The notes under the pieces: generated by a model
Databases searched by the model: none
What the model saw: the letters and a program-made list of their open reading frames with translations, nothing else
What the model was told of the DNA's origin: nothing
In this document: positions 7,348 to 17,004 of the stretch, one piece after another
Numbering within the stretch: the stretch's first letter is position 1
How the letters are laid out: each line of letters begins with the position of its first letter
Program-made: the position numbers and the translations under genes
DNA from: Candidatus Margulisiibacteriota bacterium
GTDB lineage: Bacteria > Margulisbacteria > WOR-1 > O2-12-FULL-45-9
Assembly: GCA_034723395.1 (NCBI GenBank)
Contig: JAYEOW010000017.1
Coordinates: forward strand, 1-17,004
DNA: 17,004 nucleotides
Reading direction: 5' to 3'

Positions 7348-7354
7348 TCCCCAT

Positions 7355-8734
7355 CTATTTACCTACACAGAACTGCTCAAAAACCGTATTAATTATCTCA
7401 TCTGAGACGATTTCGCCAGTAACCTCGCCTAGGGCTACTACTGCGTCCTTAAGATCTATCGCTATAAAATCCGGAGAAAGTCCTTCAGAGCAACTCATAG
7501 AGGCTTTATAAAGAGCCTCGCGAGCCTTCATTAGGCATTCTTTATGCCGCATATTAACTAGTGCCTGCCCCTCCTTTCCACTGCTTGCCTGCCCCTCCAC
7601 ATATGTATATATACAATCCTTTAACTCTCGAATCCCATCCTTATATTTAGCTGAAATCGGAAAAGCTGGGTGTCCATTCGCGACGCTGGCATATCCATCT
7701 TCCCCATTATAATTTCCAAGATCTTTTTTATTTAAGACTACGACCGCCTTCTTCCCCTCAACTTCTCTTAATACCTGACGATCTAAATCATCAACTTTAT
7801 TTGAGCTATCTATTACAACTAAGAAAAACTCCGCCGCCCCAGCCTCCTTCTTCGCTCTCTCAACTCCAACTCTTTCTGCCTCATCTTTTGGCTCTCTGAT
7901 TCCTGCCGTATCAATTATTTTCAATGGCATCCCATTTATATTCACCACTTCTTCAATCGCATCTCTGGTTGTCCCGGGCATGCTAGTAACAATTACCCTC
8001 TCTTCATCAAGCAGCGCGTTCATCAAGCTTGATTTACCAACGTTTGGTTTGCCAATTATTACAGTTGCTAGTCCATTTCTAAAAATTTTCCCCGCCTCTG
8101 AAGTCTTTAGCATCTCATCAATTATTTTTATTTCGTTATCAATTTTATCTTTTACTTTTAATACATTTATCCCTTTTACCTCTTCTTCGAAGTCTATGGC
8201 AACCTCTATTTCGGAGATTAAGCCGATCAACTCGTTTCTTATCTTATTTACTTTTTGGGAAAGCTTTCCTTCAAGCTGCATTAGCGCAAAGCCAGCGCTT
8301 TTTTTGGTTTCTGCTTTTACTAAATCTAAAACTGCCTCGGCTTGCGTTAGATCTAACTTCCCATTTAAAAACGCTCTCTTACTGAACTCTCCCTTCTCCG
8401 CGAGCCTGACTTTGCAGCTCAGCACTGCTTCCAATACTCGCTCCAAAACCGCTCGCCCGCCATGGCAAAATATCTCCAAAATATCTTCGCCGGTATAGCT
8501 CCTGGGGGCCTTCATAAAGCACAGGTTTGCTTTGTCTAGCAGTCGGTTTTGGGCTGGATCTTTAAGCCATCCATGGTACATTTGGTGGCTTTTTAGAGGT
8601 TTCTTCTTGTCCGCTTGAAAGATTTTGTCGACGACAAACGAGGCTTCTGGCCCGCTTACCCTAACTATCCCTATCCCTCCATCTCCGGGAGGAGTTGCAA
8701 TCGCGGCAATAGTATCTTCATTATTATACAACAT
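7355..8734 (-). CDS. mnmE: tRNA U34 modification GTPase MnmE/TrmE
   Basis: DTIAAIATPPG, SYTGED, GEFSKRAFLNGKLDLTQAE, GKPNVGKSS, PGTTRD, DTAGIR, NKKD, C-terminal FCVGK. Confidence 0.98.
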   Translation of the reverse strand: MLYNNEDTIAAIATPPGDGGIGIVRVSGPEASFVVDKIFQADKKKPLKSHQMYHGWLKDPAQNRLLDKANLCFMKAPRSYTGEDILEIFCHGGRAVLERVLEAVLSCKVRLAEKGEFSKRAFLNGKLDLTQAEAVLDLVKAETKKSAGFALMQLEGKLSQKVNKIRNELIGLISEIEVAIDFEEEVKGINVLKVKDKIDNEIKIIDEMLKTSEAGKIFRNGLATVIIGKPNVGKSSLMNALLDEERVIVTSMPGTTRDAIEEVVNINGMPLKIIDTAGIREPKDEAERVGVERAKKEAGAAEFFLVVIDSSNKVDDLDRQVLREVEGKKAVVVLNKKDLGNYNGEDGYASVANGHPAFPISAKYKDGIRELKDCIYTYVEGQASSGKEGQALVNMRHKECLMKAREALYKASMSCSEGLSPDFIAIDLKDAVVALGEVTGEIVSDEIINTVFEQFCVGK

Positions 8735-8761
8735 CTTTCACGCTTGTCCGCCGAAGCAGAA

Positions 8762-8777
8762 TGTTTCACATGAAACA
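8762..8777. promoter_or_regulatory. parS site
   Basis: TGTTTCACATGAAACA, one mismatch from consensus, in the jag-mnmE gap. Confidence 0.88.
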
Positions 8778-8778
8778 T

Positions 8779-9396
8779 CTACCGCGGGGCTACGACCAGC
8801 CTTCTCTCTCTCCCCTCTCCCCGGCTAAAGGTCGTCACTTTTGCGCTTTCCTGCAAGGCCAGGTGGACGAGCCTTCGGTCGGCCGCGTTCATGTGCGGCA
8901 TCGCTTTTTCCTGGCCGGTCTGCACTACTTCATCCGCAACATTTTGTGCCAGTCTTTCTAACGCGCTTTTTCTTTTTTCTTTGTAGTCTCCCGCATCAAT
9001 GTTTACCCTAATCTTTTCCCCGATCGCATTTCTTAACATCGATCCAACCAGTATTTCCAACGATTTTAATGTTGTCCCGTCTTTGCCAATGATCCTTCCC
9101 ATGTCCTCCCCTTTTACTTTTAGCTCAATTGAGTCTTCTTCTTTTTTGCTGTCTACCTTTGTTAAAAATCCCATCTTATCTAAGATGTCCTGAAGCATTT
9201 GCTTTGCATCTTCTTCAACTTTTCCTTTTAAGATTACTTCTACTTCCGCTTCCTCTCCCCCGATCATCCCCAGCATCGCCTTTTTCCCTTCCGATAAAAT
9301 ATTTATTTTTGCATCTTCCTTTTTCCCGCCAAGTACTGCTAAAGCTGCTTCGACCGCATCATCAACTGATTTCCCTTTCATCGTTATCCTTTTCAT
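8779..9396 (-). CDS. jag: Jag/KhpB (EloR) RNA-binding protein with Jag_N, KH and R3H domains
   Basis: GKSVDDAVEAAL (Jag_N), GRIIGKDG (KH GxxG), DRRLVHLAL (R3H), SRGEGRERRLVV. Located between yidC and mnmE. Confidence 0.93.
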   Translation of the reverse strand: MKRITMKGKSVDDAVEAALAVLGGKKEDAKINILSEGKKAMLGMIGGEEAEVEVILKGKVEEDAKQMLQDILDKMGFLTKVDSKKEEDSIELKVKGEDMGRIIGKDGTTLKSLEILVGSMLRNAIGEKIRVNIDAGDYKEKRKSALERLAQNVADEVVQTGQEKAMPHMNAADRRLVHLALQESAKVTTFSRGEGRERRLVVAPR

Positions 9397-10055
9397 TTTT
9401 CCTCTCCTTTTTTCCCGGCCTTCTTCCCGGGAATTTTTTTCATTATATAATACTGCTGGACTGCGCCCATTGCGTTTGATATCAACCAGTAAAGTTGCAC
9501 TCCGGTTGGGAAATTAAAACTGATAAACACAATAAAGATCGGCATAAACCAGCTCATCATTTGCATCTGTCCACCCGCGCTTGGCATGGTTCTCTGCATT
9601 AAAAATGTTGATACGCCGATCAAGATCGGCAACAACTTTATCGGGTCCGGTTTTGCAATGTTGGCGATCCAGAGGAACGAAGACCCTCCCCCTGGCTCTG
9701 CTAAAAGAGCGATAAAAGCCTTGCTCTGCAATGCCCAAAAAAGCGCTAAAAAAAACGGGATCTTCAATAACACCGGCAGGCACCCTCCCAGCGGATTTAC
9801 CCCCTCACTCTTGTATAGCCCCATCGTCTCCTGTTGGAGCTTTTTTGGCTCTTCCTTATGCTTTTTCTGAAGCTCCTGCAGCTTCGGTTGCATCTTCTGC
9901 ATTGCTGACATTTGCTGGATCGAAGATAAGGTTAATGGATATAATGCTAAATTTACCGCGATAGTAAGCCAGATAATGGCTAAGCCATAGTTATGCCCCC
10001 CCACCGCGTAAAAGAATTTCAAGACCTCGATCATTATATCCGATAAAAAGCTCAT
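9393..10055 (-). CDS. yidC: Membrane protein insertase YidC/Oxa1, short form
   Basis: NYGLAIIWLT, MQPKLQELQKK, GVNPLGGCLP, SFLWIANI, GVQLYWLISN. Synteny with rnpA and yidD. Confidence 0.93.
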   Translation of the reverse strand: MSFLSDIMIEVLKFFYAVGGHNYGLAIIWLTIAVNLALYPLTLSSIQQMSAMQKMQPKLQELQKKHKEEPKKLQQETMGLYKSEGVNPLGGCLPVLLKIPFFLALFWALQSKAFIALLAEPGGGSSFLWIANIAKPDPIKLLPILIGVSTFLMQRTMPSAGGQMQMMSWFMPIFIVFISFNFPTGVQLYWLISNAMGAVQQYYIMKKIPGKKAGKKGEEK

Positions 10056-10097
10056 AATTACCTCTCCTTTTTACTACTTTAATGCTATTTATTCAAC

Positions 10098-10106
10098 TTA
10101 TCCACA
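10098..10106. promoter_or_regulatory. Perfect DnaA box in the yidD-yidC gap
   Basis: TTATCCACA. Confidence 0.7.
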
Positions 10107-10114
10107 ACCCTTTA

Positions 10115-10133
10115 CCCCTCGATAAACTCGGGG
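10115..10133. repeat. REP-like hairpin (could also act as an RNA stem-loop)
   Basis: CCCCTCGATAAACTCGGGG shares the CCY-TCGA-N4/5-CTC-RGG pattern with the element in lpxB. Confidence 0.55.
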
Positions 10134-10156
10134 CTACGGGATGCAAGCAGATTAAC

Positions 10157-10360
10157 CTATGGAACCGGGTCATATCCTCCCGGAAAGAGTCGGTTACATC
10201 GAATTAGGCGTTTTAATGCTAAATATCCTCCTTTTAGCACTCCATATCTCTCTATTGCTTCCTCTGCATAGTGTGAGCAGGAAGGATAATGTCTGCAGGT
10301 AGGAGGAGAGATCTTTATTTTTCGGTATAATACCAATAAATATTTAATTATCTTAGCCAT
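10157..10360 (-). CDS. yidD: Membrane protein insertion efficiency factor
   Basis: [24 protein letters not shown]. Confidence 0.95.
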   Translation of the reverse strand: MAKIIKYLLVLYRKIKISPPTCRHYPSCSHYAEEAIERYGVLKGGYLALKRLIRCNRLFPGGYDPVP

Positions 10361-10361
10361 A

Positions 10362-10703
10362 TCAACAGATCTTTTCCTTAACTAATCCCTTCATTAATTC
10401 CTCGTTTATTTCTTTGGTCTTTTTTTTAATCGCGCTCGATCTGGGAAAGATCACCATATCAACGTGTTTTTTGGCTTTTTTATGCATAATTTCAGAAAAT
10501 GCCTGAAAAAATATCCGCCTGATCCTATTTCTTATTGTCGCCTTGCCCAATTTTTTTGAGGTGACAACACAAAGTCGTGAGAAGCCTAGTTCATTATCTT
10601 TTGCTGTAAAATAGAGTAGGGGAAGTCTCTTTTCGTATTGTTTTCGGTTTATTGTATCTCTTATCTCACGCTCAGACGAGAGGCGTTCTCGTTTAGGGAG
10701 CAA
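10362..10703 (-). CDS. rnpA: Ribonuclease P protein component
   Basis: [30 protein letters not shown] (RNR motif). TTG start overlaps the rpmH end. Confidence 0.93.
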   Translation of the reverse strand: MLPKRERLSSEREIRDTINRKQYEKRLPLLYFTAKDNELGFSRLCVVTSKKLGKATIRNRIRRIFFQAFSEIMHKKAKKHVDMVIFPRSSAIKKKTKEINEELMKGLVKEKIC

Positions 10704-10830
10704 GCCTTTTTCTCCCTTTTTTCCTTCTTTTACTTAAAACTCTCCGTCCACCCTTGGTCTTTTTCCTTGCTCTATATCCATGCTTCTTCTTTCTTCTACG
10801 ACCATGGGGCTGAAAGGTTCGCTTTACCAT
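10693..10830 (-). CDS. rpmH: 50S ribosomal protein L34 (absent from the ORF track)
   Basis: Manual translation gives [45 protein letters not shown] (45 aa), with a GAGAGG Shine-Dalgarno upstream. Confidence 0.97.
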   Translation of the reverse strand: MVKRTFQPHGRRRKKKHGYRARKKTKGGRRVLSKRRKKGRKRLAP

Positions 10831-10875
10831 CTTATTCTTTCCTCTCTTTCACGTCTATTTTCCCATGAAAATAAT

Positions 10876-10904
10876 ATTATACTGTTTATTAATTGCTCTG
10901 TCAA
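10876..10904 (-). promoter_or_regulatory. sigma70 promoter of the rpmH operon
   Basis: Perfect TTGACA (10904-10899), 17-bp spacer, TATAAT (10881-10876) on the minus strand. Confidence 0.9.
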
Positions 10905-10923
10905 GGCTAAATAAGTTTTTCCC

Positions 10924-10952
10924 TTGCATTACGATTCGCTTTTTGATACAAT
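10924..10952 (+). promoter_or_regulatory. sigma70 promoter of dnaA
   Basis: TTGCAT (10924-10929), 17-bp spacer, TACAAT (10947-10952), with extended -10 TG at 10944-10945. Confidence 0.8.
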
Positions 10953-10998
10953 ATCATCCCCGCGGTTGAATAGGGGAGAGGAGTCCACTTAATCACAC

Positions 10999-11108
10999 TG
11001 TGAATTACCTGTGGATATCTTGTTAATAAGTTGGTTTTTTAGCTTATTATTCCTTTAATTTTATGAGGGGAATCGTACTTATCAGATTTATTATTTTATT
11101 GTGGATAA
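10999..11108. promoter_or_regulatory. DnaA-box cluster upstream of dnaA (autoregulation / left part of oriC)
   Basis: TGTGAATTA 10999, TGTGGATAT 11010 and TGTTAATAA 11021 (11-bp period), plus a perfect TGTGGATAA at 11100-11108. Confidence 0.8.
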
Positions 11109-11113
11109 CTTAG

Positions 11114-12475
11114 ATGGATGAATCAAATATCGATTTAAATTTATTATGGCATAAGCTGATCCCGTCTTTAGAGAAGAGCCTTAACAAGCCTATCTTTGAG
11201 GCGCTGATATCTTCGACCAAGCCGCTCGCTATCTCCGGCAATAAATTTGATATCGCCGTCCCCAACGAATTAGTTAAAGATTGGCTTTCAAAACATTGTG
11301 TTACCCTTTTGGAGCAAGAGCTGAAATCACTTCATCCGGAGATCATTAACGTTCAATTTGTCGTCGGGCCAAAGGAATTGTTTTCTACTCCTTTGCTTGA
11401 AAATGAGGACCTCTCTGTAGAAAAAAAATCTTTGCGGAGCATTCCGTTCTTGAATCCGCGATATACTTTTGAGCACTTCGTCGTTGGCCATGGAAACCGC
11501 TTTGCCCATGCCGCGGCTCTAGCGGTCGCAGAGGCGCCTGCCAAGGCCTACAATCCGCTCTTCTTATATGGTGGGGTAGGGCTTGGGAAAACCCATTTAA
11601 TGCAGGCGATCGGCCATCACGTTGCTGCCTCTAAATCTACCGCAAAAATCCTTTATATCTCTTCAGAAACATTTACTAACGAGTTGATTAATTCGATCCG
11701 TGATGATCGGACGGTCCAGTTTAGGAACAAATACCGAAATATCGACGTACTTTTAGTCGACGATATCCAATTTCTCGCAGGTAAAGAACGCACTCAAGAA
11801 GAATTCTTCCACACTTTTAACGCTCTGTACGAGGCGAGTAAGCAGATTGTGGTCAGCTCCGACCGCCCCCCTAAAGAAATTCCCACCCTTGAGGAACGTT
11901 TGCGCTCCCGCTTCGAGTGGGGGCTGACCGCCGATGTTCAGGCGCCCGACTTTGAAACACGCGTCGCGATCCTTAAGAAAAAAGCTGAACTTAGTGAATT
12001 AAATGTACCCGACGAGATCCTCACCTACGTGGCCAGTAAGATCCAATCAAACATCCGCGAGCTCGAAGGGGCATTAGTCAGGCTGGCGGCCTTTGCCTCC
12101 CTCACCAATAGCGATATTAATGCCGCGCTGGTTGATCATGTATTAAAAGATATCTTGGACCCTTCTAAGGCTAATACAAATCTTTCGGTCGAATTGATCA
12201 AAAAAACGACCGCCGAATATTATAGTATAAATCTCGACGATATGTCGGCCAAGATTAGGACCAAAGAGATCGCTACTGCCCGGCAGGTCGCCATGTATTT
12301 GGCACGAAAGCTTACTGGCACTTCGCTACCTAAAATAGGGGCTAAGTTTGGCGGCAGAGACCATACTACGGTACTGCATGCATTTGAAAAAATCAAAACG
12401 ATTGTTAAGACCGATCCTAAGGTAGGCGAGGCAATTAAAAGTATCTCGGCCAAATTGAAAAGTTATTCAGCATAG
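11114..12475 (+). CDS. dnaA: Chromosomal replication initiator
   Basis: LNPRYTFEHFVVG, YNPLFLYGGVGLGKTHL (Walker A), LLVDDIQF (Walker B), RLRSRFEWGL, NIRELEGAL, RQVAMYL, GGRDHTTVLHA. Confidence 0.99.
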   Translation: MDESNIDLNLLWHKLIPSLEKSLNKPIFEALISSTKPLAISGNKFDIAVPNELVKDWLSKHCVTLLEQELKSLHPEIINVQFVVGPKELFSTPLLENEDLSVEKKSLRSIPFLNPRYTFEHFVVGHGNRFAHAAALAVAEAPAKAYNPLFLYGGVGLGKTHLMQAIGHHVAASKSTAKILYISSETFTNELINSIRDDRTVQFRNKYRNIDVLLVDDIQFLAGKERTQEEFFHTFNALYEASKQIVVSSDRPPKEIPTLEERLRSRFEWGLTADVQAPDFETRVAILKKKAELSELNVPDEILTYVASKIQSNIRELEGALVRLAAFASLTNSDINAALVDHVLKDILDPSKANTNLSVELIKKTTAEYYSINLDDMSAKIRTKEIATARQVAMYLARKLTGTSLPKIGAKFGGRDHTTVLHAFEKIKTIVKTDPKVGEAIKSISAKLKSYSA

Positions 12476-12682
12476 GTTGTGGAAAACCTGTAAAATTTTG
12501 TTAGTAAATAATTTATTCACACCATCAATAATTGGGTTGTGGAAAAGTTTTTTTAAATTTTACTTTAAGGTTAAAGAAAAAATAAGTTACTAACATTTTA
12601 ACAGGCTCTACTATTACTATTTATTTTATATTATAATATTAGGGAACCTTAAAATGTTGATAACACCAAGGGGGCAAAATAG
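12476..12682. other. oriC unwinding region (DnaA boxes, DnaA-trios, AT-rich DUE)
   Basis: Boxes TGTGGAAAA 12478 and 12538, TGTTAGTAA 12499, TTATTCACA 12513, TTACTAACA 12587 followed by TTTTAACA, then GGCT, CTA CTA TTA CTA (12608-12619) and an AT-only run to 12641. A further box-like TGTTGATAA lies at 12655. Confidence 0.88.
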
Positions 12683-13824
12683 ATGGAACTGAAATGCGAT
12701 AAGAAAGATCTTCAAATCGGCGTCGCCGCGGTGGAAAAAATTGTAACCACCCGAAGTACGCTGCCTATAATCGGATACATATTGTTCGAAGCCGGAAAAA
12801 ATGGTTTAAAATTATCGGCTAATAATTTAGAGATGGGAATTGAGCTTGATGTAAGGTCGGAAGTGGGAAAAGATGGTTCGATTTTGGTGCCAGCAAAGAC
12901 ATTAGGCGGGATTGTTTCTAAGCTGCCCGAAACGAAAGTAGAATTTAAACTTACCGAAAAAGGGACCGTTAGGATCACTTACGATAAATCATATTTTAAT
13001 GTGCATACTTTACCCCCGGATGAATTTCCAGTGCTGCCTAAGGTGAAAAACGGAAAAAGTTTTACGATTGCGGCTGGTGTTCTTGCCAATATGATCAAAC
13101 AGACAATCTTTGCGGCATCAGGCAGTGAAGATAAGTATGTATTGACCGGAGTTTTAATGGAATTTGGCAAGGGATCGCTTCCTGGAGATCAGACCAATAT
13201 TGGAATGATTGCAACTGATGGGTATAGACTGGCAAAAAGGGGAGAAAAAGTAAAATTACCGGACGGTATAAAAGGGAGTATGATTGTTCCGGCAAAAGCG
13301 TTCCAGGAGATCTATCGAATTTTAGAACTTGATAATGAGGATGGAGAGGTTGAGGTAACTTTTTCTGCCGAACAGATCTCGTTTAAATATAATGGAGTCT
13401 ACCTGGTTTCAAGATTGATTCAGGGACAATTTCCGGATTATAAACAGGTCCTTCCGAAAAAGAGCTCGACTATAATTACCTTAAAAACTAGGGATTTATT
13501 AAGGGCGGCCGAAAGGACGGCGGTTATTGCTTCCGGATCGGCAAATATCGTAAGATTTGAAATAAAAAATGAAAAGCTGCATCTTTTTGCCAGTACTCCA
13601 GATGTAGGTACAGTGGATGAAGAATTGGATGCAGATATTAAAGGGGCGGGGAATAATCAAATCGCATTTAATATTAGGTTGATAACCGATGTGTTGAAGG
13701 TGATTGATACCCCGGAAGTAATAATTGAATTAACTGAGAGCTTAGGGCCTGGAGTGATCAGGCAGCCGGAAAAGGGAGAGTATCTCTATATAGTAATGCC
13801 GATCCGCACCCAAGAGGTCGTTTA

Positions 13825-13825
<1 letters not shown>
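12683..13825 (+). CDS. dnaN: DNA polymerase III beta clamp
   Basis: STLPII, ANNLEMGI, LTGVLM, ATDGYRLA, SRLIQGQFPDYKQVLP, IAFN, YIVMPIR. Confidence 0.98.
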
Positions 13826-16082
<2,257 letters not shown>

Positions 16083-16084
16083 TT

Positions 16085-16095
16085 TGTGGTATAAT
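16085..16095 (+). promoter_or_regulatory. Extended -10 promoter for gyrA
   Basis: TGTGGTATAAT (TRTGnTATAAT) in the gyrB-gyrA gap. Confidence 0.7.
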
Positions 16096-16117
16096 TAGAG
16101 GATAGAAAGCGAAGAAA

Positions 16118-17004
16118 ATGGCCAGGAAGAAGAAAGAAAAACCAGACCAACAACCGATATTTAAGCCTAAAATAGTGCCAACCACCATCGAAGAGGAGAT
16201 GAAGTCTTCTTATATCGACTATGCGATGTCGGTTATTGTCGGCCGCGCACTCCCCGATGTCCGTGACGGATTAAAACCGGTCCATCGCCGGATTATGTTT
16301 GCGATGGACGAGCTTGGCCTCCAGCCGGGCAAGCCCTATAAAAAATCGGCCAGGATCGTCGGTGAAACTTTGGGTAAATACCACCCCCATGGTGATACCG
16401 CAGTTTACGATGCGATGGTTCGCATGGCCCAGGATTTCTCGCTACGCTACATGCTGGTTGACGGCCAGGGAAACTTTGGTTCGGTCGACGGCGACAGCGC
16501 AGCGGCGATGCGTTATACCGAAGCAAGGCTCTCAAAGCTTTCGGTCGAAATGCTCGCCGATATCGAGAAAGATACGGTCGATTTTGTTCCCAACTTCGAT
16601 GAATCGCTGGAAGAGCCGTCGGTTCTCCCGGCAAAATTCCCTAACTTATTGGTTAATGGCGCCGCAGGGATTGCAGTCGGCGTCGCCACAAATATTCCCC
16701 CGCACAACTTAGGCGAAGTTGTCAACGGAGCGATTGCCCATATCGATGACCCTGAGATCAGCGACCAAAAGCTAATGGAGATCGTTACGGGGCCGGATTT
16801 TCCGACGGGAGCATTAATCTGCGGACGGAAAGGGATCCACGATGCATATACAACCGGACGAGGGCTTTTGACCCTTCGCGCGCGAGTCGAGCTCGAAAAA
16901 GGAAAAGCGGGTAAAGGGGTAATTATTGTTAATGAAATTCCCTATCAGGTAAACAAAGCTAACCTTATTACCGATATTGCCGAATTAGTAAAAGACAAAA
17001 AGAT
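16118..17004 (+). CDS. gyrA: DNA gyrase subunit A (5' part, runs off the window; absent from the ORF track)
   Basis: Manual translation gives MARKKKEKP...[32 protein letters not shown]...KSARIVG...[11 protein letters not shown]...DGQGNFGS...AAMRYTE (catalytic Tyr). Confidence 0.97.
   Translation, partial: MARKKKEKPDQQPIFKPKIVPTTIEEEMKSSYIDYAMSVIVGRALPDVRDGLKPVHRRIMFAMDELGLQPGKPYKKSARIVGETLGKYHPHGDTAVYDAMVRMAQDFSLRYMLVDGQGNFGSVDGDSAAAMRYTEARLSKLSVEMLADIEKDTVDFVPNFDESLEEPSVLPAKFPNLLVNGAAGIAVGVATNIPPHNLGEVVNGAIAHIDDPEISDQKLMEIVTGPDFPTGALICGRKGIHDAYTTGRGLLTLRARVELEKGKAGKGVIIVNEIPYQVNKANLITDIAELVKDKK

Noticed and set aside
7067..7405. 112-aa + strand ORF containing MFHVKH, also seen in ORF 8761-8961
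   Set aside because: MFHVKH and MFHMKH are simply translations of the parS palindrome, and the ORFs are antisense to folD, mnmE and jag.
10855..10866. Minus-strand mini-ORF ATG GGA AAA TAG just after the rpmH promoter
   Set aside because: Only three codons, with no evidence beyond chance.
10957..10977. TCCCC...GGGGA hairpin at the start of the dnaA leader as a riboswitch or ncRNA
   Set aside because: Only a 5-bp stem, with no recognisable RNA family.
16381..16410. GyrA QRDR reads HGDTAVYD (Thr at the Ser83-equivalent position)
   Set aside because: Thr is a common natural wild-type residue there and is not evidence of resistance.

Overview
This is a bacterial chromosomal replication-origin window. 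The left part is a lipid A cluster on the + strand: lpxC, a single ORF fusing fabZ and lpxA, lpxB, a DegT-family aminotransferase and Gfo/Idh/MocA dehydrogenase pair (probable GnnB/GnnA), and rseP. It converges on the minus-strand operon rpmH-rnpA-yidD-yidC-jag-mnmE-folD. The right part is dnaA-(oriC)-dnaN-dciA-gyrB-gyrA (partial). Non-coding signals read directly from the sequence are two parS palindromes flanking mnmE, DnaA boxes on both sides of dnaA and upstream of folD and yidC, a B. subtilis-type basal unwinding module between dnaA and dnaN, four near-consensus sigma70 promoters, and short REP-like hairpins, one apparently inserted in-frame in lpxB. The mix of lipid A genes in cyanobacterial order with a Firmicutes-like origin suggests a diderm Terrabacteria lineage such as Margulisbacteria/Saganbacteria (inference only). 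The best candidates for something new are the FabZ-LpxA fusion with altered LpxA active-site residues beside a putative diamino-lipid A (GnnAB) pair, and DnaA boxes bracketing the folD ribosome-binding site. No tRNA, rRNA, CRISPR array or transposase was seen.
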